Shown: positions 59,022-64,000 of the stretch, one piece after another
How positions within the stretch are numbered: position 1 is the first letter of the stretch
How the letters are laid out: every line of letters starts with the position of its first letter
Source of the DNA: a virus
DNA length: 64,000 nt
IMG/VR virus record: IMGVR_UViG_3300042558_005069
Span: 1-64,000 of that record
Strand: one strand, 5' to 3'
Position numbers and translations under genes: made by a program
The notes under the pieces: model-generated
Database searches by the model: none
Seen by the model: the letters and a program-made list of their open reading frames with translations, nothing else
What the model was told of the DNA's origin: nothing

Positions 59022-60407
59022 TTACGCAGTAGGAGCGGCGTCGAATTCAACCTTGACGAATGCTTCTGGACGCTTTACCGCAAGGGCGAGGCGTTGTTCG
59101 GCGAGAATAACAATCGCGTTGCGGATGAAGAAATCGCTGTGCTGCTCACTGATGCGGATAGATGCCTGCTCGCGGTCATAAAGCTGAGCACCGGTGCCAA
59201 ACGCGCCGACCAAAGCCATACCTTCCTGCATTGCTGGAGTATCAACAAGTGGCATTCTCCATACTCTTGGCTCGCCACCCATCGCAACAGAAACTGCGAT
59301 GAGGTACTGGCCATTGACGTCTTTTGTCAATTCGATGTCTTCCCAATCATTTGGGTGAACAACGATACCGCTTGGCTCGTAGTAAGCCAAGAAGGAGAGT
59401 GTAGCCGCACGGCGAATTGCGTCAGCTTTGGTGTCACCAGCCGTAACGTTTGCAACTCCAGCAACACCGTCAGACCAAGCGTATTCCTGGACTCCTGGGG
59501 TGTTCATCACGCCGAGCAAGTTTTCGCCCAGTCCGTCACCGTTGAGGATTTGATTGTCCTCAAGGAGGCGCAAGCCGTACATAAGCTCGTTGTCGATGAT
59601 TGAGCGAAGCTGTGGTTCATCGGCAAGAACGTTGCGGTGTGCTGCTTCCCAGTGAGCGAGTGTTCTAATTGGGGCCTGTTCACCAACGAACTGGAATGAA
59701 GATTGTGGCTTCAACCCAAATACTCCGCCAACTCTTTCAGCGACAGTAGACGCTGCGTTGTTGGTTGAGTAGGTGCTTGCAGTTACGCCTGGAGCAGAAA
59801 TCGTCGTAAAACCGATTTGACGGAAGTACTCAATAACTGCTGCTGTTGTAGTCCGAACAGGGAACAAGTCACGAACGCGCTTTGTGCGTGTTGGTGGTGT
59901 TACCATCGGATCGCGCTGAACCGTACCGAAAGAGCCGAGACGGCTGTCAGCTACGGTTGTTGAAGGCAAGCCAGAGAAGACATCCTTCACATTGTAGCCA
60001 CTCAAAGAGATGTTTGCCATCCATGGAGCTGCCATGTTTGCGCCGTTACGGCCACCAGCAAGTGCCTTGAACTCTACTGAGTCAAGGAACATCTGACCGA
60101 TGCTCTTGATCTCGCTTGAGGTCAATTGGCTGATTTCTGATGCTGCAGCTGAATAGCTTGATGCGACCGACTCTGATGCTGGCTGCGAAGACCAGCTGTC
60201 AACGTCACCCATTGTCTGCAAGTCAGAAAGGAGTGATTTAATTTCCTTAATGTCACGCATGTTCTTGTCGAATGCTGTTTTTTGTTCTGAAGAAACAACA
60301 ACTGTTCCTTCTTCTACCTTGAATGAGTCAGCAATGGCCTTATTGTCAGCCATTTTAACTCTGAGAGCTGATTGCAGCTCATCAATTCTTCCATTGTCTT
60401 GCGACAT
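59022..60407 (-). CDS. Major capsid protein, HK97 fold
   Basis: N-terminal coiled delta domain; EDNQILNGDG...NL.G, VHPNDW..I...KD.NG.Y, F.RN...ILAEQRL..AV.RPEAF. Confidence 0.93.
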   Translation of the reverse strand: MSQDNGRIDELQSALRVKMADNKAIADSFKVEEGTVVVSSEQKTAFDKNMRDIKEIKSLLSDLQTMGDVDSWSSQPASESVASSYSAAASEISQLTSSEIKSIGQMFLDSVEFKALAGGRNGANMAAPWMANISLSGYNVKDVFSGLPSTTVADSRLGSFGTVQRDPMVTPPTRTKRVRDLFPVRTTTAAVIEYFRQIGFTTISAPGVTASTYSTNNAASTVAERVGGVFGLKPQSSFQFVGEQAPIRTLAHWEAAHRNVLADEPQLRSIIDNELMYGLRLLEDNQILNGDGLGENLLGVMNTPGVQEYAWSDGVAGVANVTAGDTKADAIRRAATLSFLAYYEPSGIVVHPNDWEDIELTKDVNGQYLIAVSVAMGGEPRVWRMPLVDTPAMQEGMALVGAFGTGAQLYDREQASIRISEQHSDFFIRNAIVILAEQRLALAVKRPEAFVKVEFDAAPTA

Positions 60408-60566
60408 ATTGACTCCTGTTTGTTGAAGGGTTGGTTTTATGATGCTTTTCTTTGCTCGGCTTAGGTAAGCACCCAGCCCTAGTAATAATCAAAAATAACA
60501 GATTATTCACTACCTCTATTGCAACTAATTATATTTTGCAATTAAAGTGTGTAAATAGTAAATGAA

Positions 60567-61310
60567 TTACTTATTTTTGAGTTGTTCTATTAGGGCAACT
60601 TTCCTCTTCGGACGTCTTGAATCAAGGTCTGCAACAACTGTTCTAGTTGCTCTTTCCATTTCTCTTTTTTTATTTTTTTCAATATTTCTGCGGCCTAACG
60701 ATGTTGTCCCGACCCTATTTGCATAGTCCGTCATGTTTGTGCATGGCATCCAGACCGCTCTGCCATTTTTGCTTACTCGCCTACTAATTCCAATACAGCC
60801 AATTTGCCTTGACCGCGCACGAGCTGATTCCGGATCGAGGAAAACATCAGAATCTGATTCCCTAACAAATTCAGGGCCTACTGCAGATTTAGTTTTTATT
60901 GGAACACAATTGGGGACAAGTTTTCCCTTTTTGCCTTTTTTCATACCCTGCATGACATACCCATCCCAGCAGGGGTTCACTTCTTTTGCCCCAAAAAGAT
61001 TACCGGACACTAGACCACTATCTATAGAGACAATCCCCATGATTGGTTTTTCGGTAAGGTTCTCCCAATCTTTAGGTCTTTTTTTTCGCTTTCCTTTGCT
61101 TCTGCTTTTGTCTTCACTTTTTTTATAGCCAGGGACAACCGACCTCCATTTACCGGTTTCGGCTGTCTCGGAAATTCTATTTAGCTCATCCATTGACGAG
61201 CATGGCATCCATTCCCCATCTGAAGACTTGTGCGCCCCAGAGCACCCAATTTGCGCAGCAACTTTTAGAGCTTCAGCTTTTTTGGTTAATTCTGATTTTT
61301 CTTTTGCCAT
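60567..61310 (-). CDS. Head-region protein with duplicated IGC.G...WMPC motif and CWDGY...VPNCVP motif
   Basis: Motifs read directly; adjacent to the capsid gene. Confidence 0.7.
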   Translation of the reverse strand: MAKEKSELTKKAEALKVAAQIGCSGAHKSSDGEWMPCSSMDELNRISETAETGKWRSVVPGYKKSEDKSRSKGKRKKRPKDWENLTEKPIMGIVSIDSGLVSGNLFGAKEVNPCWDGYVMQGMKKGKKGKLVPNCVPIKTKSAVGPEFVRESDSDVFLDPESARARSRQIGCIGISRRVSKNGRAVWMPCTNMTDYANRVGTTSLGRRNIEKNKKREMERATRTVVADLDSRRPKRKVALIEQLKNK

Positions 61311-61319
61311 TGCCTATCC

Positions 61320-62060
61320 TTAATGAAGACGCGATTTTAATGATTCTTTAAACTTGTGAGAAAATTGTTTTGTTGATGAGCTTTCATCGTCAACTGCCGT
61401 AAGTGAGTTTGCTCTTCTATTTGCTCTTCTATTTACGTTTGAAGTGCTGTCTTGGACCGTAATTGACTTTCGTTGCATAAATCTTCTTACTGTCCCAGCC
61501 CCAGTCAGCCGTATGACGCGATCTATGATCGCATTTGACATTGGATCGTCTTTTTTGGCAACGAGGATGTTTTTATTTGAGTCAAAAGAGATCTTGTTGC
61601 TATTTAAAGTGGCAACTACGCTTCCGAGGCTGCTGGTTGTTACAAATTTTGACGCTTTGTAGTCAATCAGGTTCAATTTTGAATCAACGCTATTGGCAAG
61701 TCTGATGGGGACGGCAGACGAAGACATGCGCAACCTAGAACGCATAATAACGTTTCGCTCATTGTGTGATTTTGCAGTTTGTGAAGAACTTGCTTTATTT
61801 ATTAACTTAATTCTTTCAATTTCCGGGTCGACGTATGTTTCTAAAACCATATTTGCAATGTTGTCACTCACGTGCTTGAAGTCGGTTGCTCCAAACCCAT
61901 CAGGCAGGCCTTTATGGTTTATTTTGCCATTTGTTTGGATCGCCATAGCTATGCCTGCCCCAAACTCCGTTACTGACTTTGCAAGAATCGAGTCGCCTGT
62001 TCTTGCAACCACTACGTGAGGCGTTCCTCTTAGCAGATCTTTTATTATTGATATTTCCAT
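61320..62060 (-). CDS. Hypothetical head-region protein
   Basis: 246-aa ORF, coupled. Confidence 0.7.
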   Translation of the reverse strand: MEISIIKDLLRGTPHVVVARTGDSILAKSVTEFGAGIAMAIQTNGKINHKGLPDGFGATDFKHVSDNIANMVLETYVDPEIERIKLINKASSSQTAKSHNERNVIMRSRLRMSSSAVPIRLANSVDSKLNLIDYKASKFVTTSSLGSVVATLNSNKISFDSNKNILVAKKDDPMSNAIIDRVIRLTGAGTVRRFMQRKSITVQDSTSNVNRRANRRANSLTAVDDESSSTKQFSHKFKESLKSRLH

Positions 62061-64000
62061 TACCTACCACCCATCAATATTGTTCGAATATCATTTTTTT
62101 GCGAGCTCAAAGAGTCCAAACGGCTTTCAAACAACTTAGTAATGATATTTAGATGTATTTTTTCCCCAGTTGACATTCCGTAATTTTTAGAGCCAGAGAA
62201 CGAATTCCTTGGATTATAAGTTCTTGCTCTTCTTATTAATTGATTTATATACTTGATAAAAAGAACTCGTTGATCAGCTTTTAATTGCTGGTAATAATCA
62301 CTGTAAGCTGGGACTAGCTCAGCTTCGTAGAAATCTCTAAGACGTGCTTTCATCCTCTCTGTTATCTGCACTTTAGACAGATCGACTAATCCGGAAGATG
62401 TATTTTGTGCAAGTGCAGCCCTTAGTTCCTGTCCACTTGTTATTGGATAAATTGAAGTAGATGGACGAGATCTTTGATCAGTTAGATAATCAGAGATCAT
62501 TATTCTTGCTACGTCCTCTGGGCTTAGATCTGTAAATTTTTTAGATGAGTCAAACTTTGCATCGGGGAATGTCATTTCAACGTCTTGTCGAATATACTGT
62601 CTTACTTCCCCTGGCTTGCCAATAGGCAGAACTTCCGGAGCAGGCAACCCAAGATACCGCTGCAGGTCGGAAGCAAACATCTCTCCCATGTGCTGAAATT
62701 TGGCAGGATTTTCGTACACGAAATACTTGCCAGCCGAATCCTCTATTATCGATATGGTTTCATTTATTTTCTGTCGCTTCACAGCCTGCGTTTTGCTAAG
62801 GACATCGCCGATTATCTTCGGATCTAAGTCTGACAGCGTTCCGCCATTTTCTAGGTGCTGTATCGCGTTGTCGATATTGGATATTTTTTTCCTGGTACGA
62901 CCAATGTCAATATCTTCTTCTTCATCCTGGCTTGCCTTCGGAGTTTTAATTTTTTTACCTGAAAGCAAGGCGGAAGCCCATTTTGGTTTTCCCGACTTTC
63001 CGATACTATTAGGGTCGGAAACTCCAATAATATTCTCGGAAAAAGCAATCGCTCCTTCGAGTTCTTGTGAAACGTTCTTTAGTCGCGCAGAAGGGTCTTT
63101 TGAATTATCGACTTCCATTGAACTGTTCACAACTCTGCCGAGCTTTCTTCTTTCGCCAACTGAAAGTTTTCTTGCTTTTTCAAGAGTTAGGGTTGATCCT
63201 CCTGGAAGGACATAGAGCAGTTTCTGCACGCCGGTGTTAGAAAGCAAGCCGAGCTCTTCAGAACCTATTGAAGGAGAATCAAGTACGCCCATCATGAAGG
63301 TTGCTCCCTCCATGTCTCTATTGTCGGGGATTGCTCTTAGTACGTTATTGGCCACAACGGGCTCCAGAACAAAGCCATCGCGCCGTATCATTCTTCTTGT
63401 CGGCTCCGAGCTCTGAGAAAGGAAAGATCCTATTTCTTTTGTTAAAGTTTTGGCTTTTGCGGATGAAACTTGCCTGTTTTCATTTCCAACTCTTGGGATT
63501 TGAGCCTGTCTGGACTGAATTATGGAACTATCAGCCTGCTCTCCAGTTGCTATTCTCCCAGTAATTGTAGGGGTGGCTACACCTGAAACTGCTCTCCGTA
63601 CTGCCGAAATTGCAGCTCCCAAAATTGAAGGGATCGCAAAAAGTTGAGCTCCGCAAGTTGTAAACCTATTATCTGTAAATCTTCCGCCATACTGATAGCC
63701 CTCGGGGCATCGATGAGCTCTGTTCTCTCCAGGTCTTGACCCACCTCTTCTGCCTCCGCCAAATCCAGGCGTCAAAGTTCGGTAGATTGACGACCTCACG
63801 GGGGATCTAAGAGGGCTTGAGTCACCAGGGATAGCTGAGCTTAAGATGCTACTTCCAATTTGACGTAAAGCGTTTGCCTTAAATTTTATTTCTCCATATT
63901 TAGAAACGGAAGTTTTTTTTCTAGTGTTTCCGTTTAATCTGGAAAGAGCTTTATACGTAACTAATTGCTGCGTTTCTGCTGGAGCTCCACGAATGTAGTC
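62060..64000 (-). CDS. Head-region protein, 5' truncated by the window, with a C-terminal kinase-like (HipA/PI3K-like) domain
   Basis: Frame stays open from 63799 to 64000; RCPEG..GGRFTD..CG; E..AS.L...LGL.AP, DYL.DQR.R. Confidence 0.65.
   Translation of the reverse strand, partial: DYIRGAPAETQQLVTYKALSRLNGNTRKKTSVSKYGEIKFKANALRQIGSSILSSAIPGDSSPLRSPVRSSIYRTLTPGFGGGRRGGSRPGENRAHRCPEGYQYGGRFTDNRFTTCGAQLFAIPSILGAAISAVRRAVSGVATPTITGRIATGEQADSSIIQSRQAQIPRVGNENRQVSSAKAKTLTKEIGSFLSQSSEPTRRMIRRDGFVLEPVVANNVLRAIPDNRDMEGATFMMGVLDSPSIGSEELGLLSNTGVQKLLYVLPGGSTLTLEKARKLSVGERRKLGRVVNSSMEVDNSKDPSARLKNVSQELEGAIAFSENIIGVSDPNSIGKSGKPKWASALLSGKKIKTPKASQDEEEDIDIGRTRKKISNIDNAIQHLENGGTLSDLDPKIIGDVLSKTQAVKRQKINETISIIEDSAGKYFVYENPAKFQHMGEMFASDLQRYLGLPAPEVLPIGKPGEVRQYIRQDVEMTFPDAKFDSSKKFTDLSPEDVARIMISDYLTDQRSRPSTSIYPITSGQELRAALAQNTSSGLVDLSKVQITERMKARLRDFYEAELVPAYSDYYQQLKADQRVLFIKYINQLIRRARTYNPRNSFSGSKNYGMSTGEKIHLNIITKLFESRLDSLSSQKNDIRTILMGGR

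Overview
A 64 kb segment of a large tailed dsDNA phage with an HK97-fold major capsid protein. The host is most likely an actinobacterium, inferred from a WhiB gene, an actinobacterial-type SSB and several apparently leaderless genes. (1) 1-8.8 kb holds small, independently promoted early-type genes in both orientations. They are embedded in interlocking repeats: a 14-mer CATTATCCTTTAGT (about 22 copies, some as covarying hairpins), a 23-mer ACATTATC-N6-CGCCCCCGA-type box (8 copies), a palindrome AGCCCCG-N17-CGGGGCT with invariant spacing (9 copies), TCCGCCACCGTCAA (3 copies) and a fixed-length promoter motif (12 copies). (2) 9-17.5 kb carries DNA-metabolism and hypothetical genes (HARP-SNF2 helicase, DUF932). 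(3) 18-33 kb carries accessory metabolism and modification genes: carbamoyltransferase, GT32, sulfotransferase, two 2OG-Fe(II) oxygenases, ThyX, thioredoxin, lytic transglycosylase and SSB, plus tRNA-Ile(CAT) and tRNA-Ile(TAT). (4) 34.6-48.3 kb is a 4564-aa protein built as a string of about 12 enzyme or effector modules: 4 GNAT, about 4 ADP-ribosyltransferase-like, a DEDDh exonuclease, a zincin and a duplicated unknown domain. Each module is delimited by a recurring [F/L]-S-S-G motif, suggesting a proteolytically processed effector polyprotein. (5) 48.3-64 kb carries primase-helicase, WhiB, class II RNR, tRNA-Arg(TCT), cytochrome P450, thermonuclease, TauD dioxygenase and head genes. All family assignments are by motif recognition only; no database searches were run.
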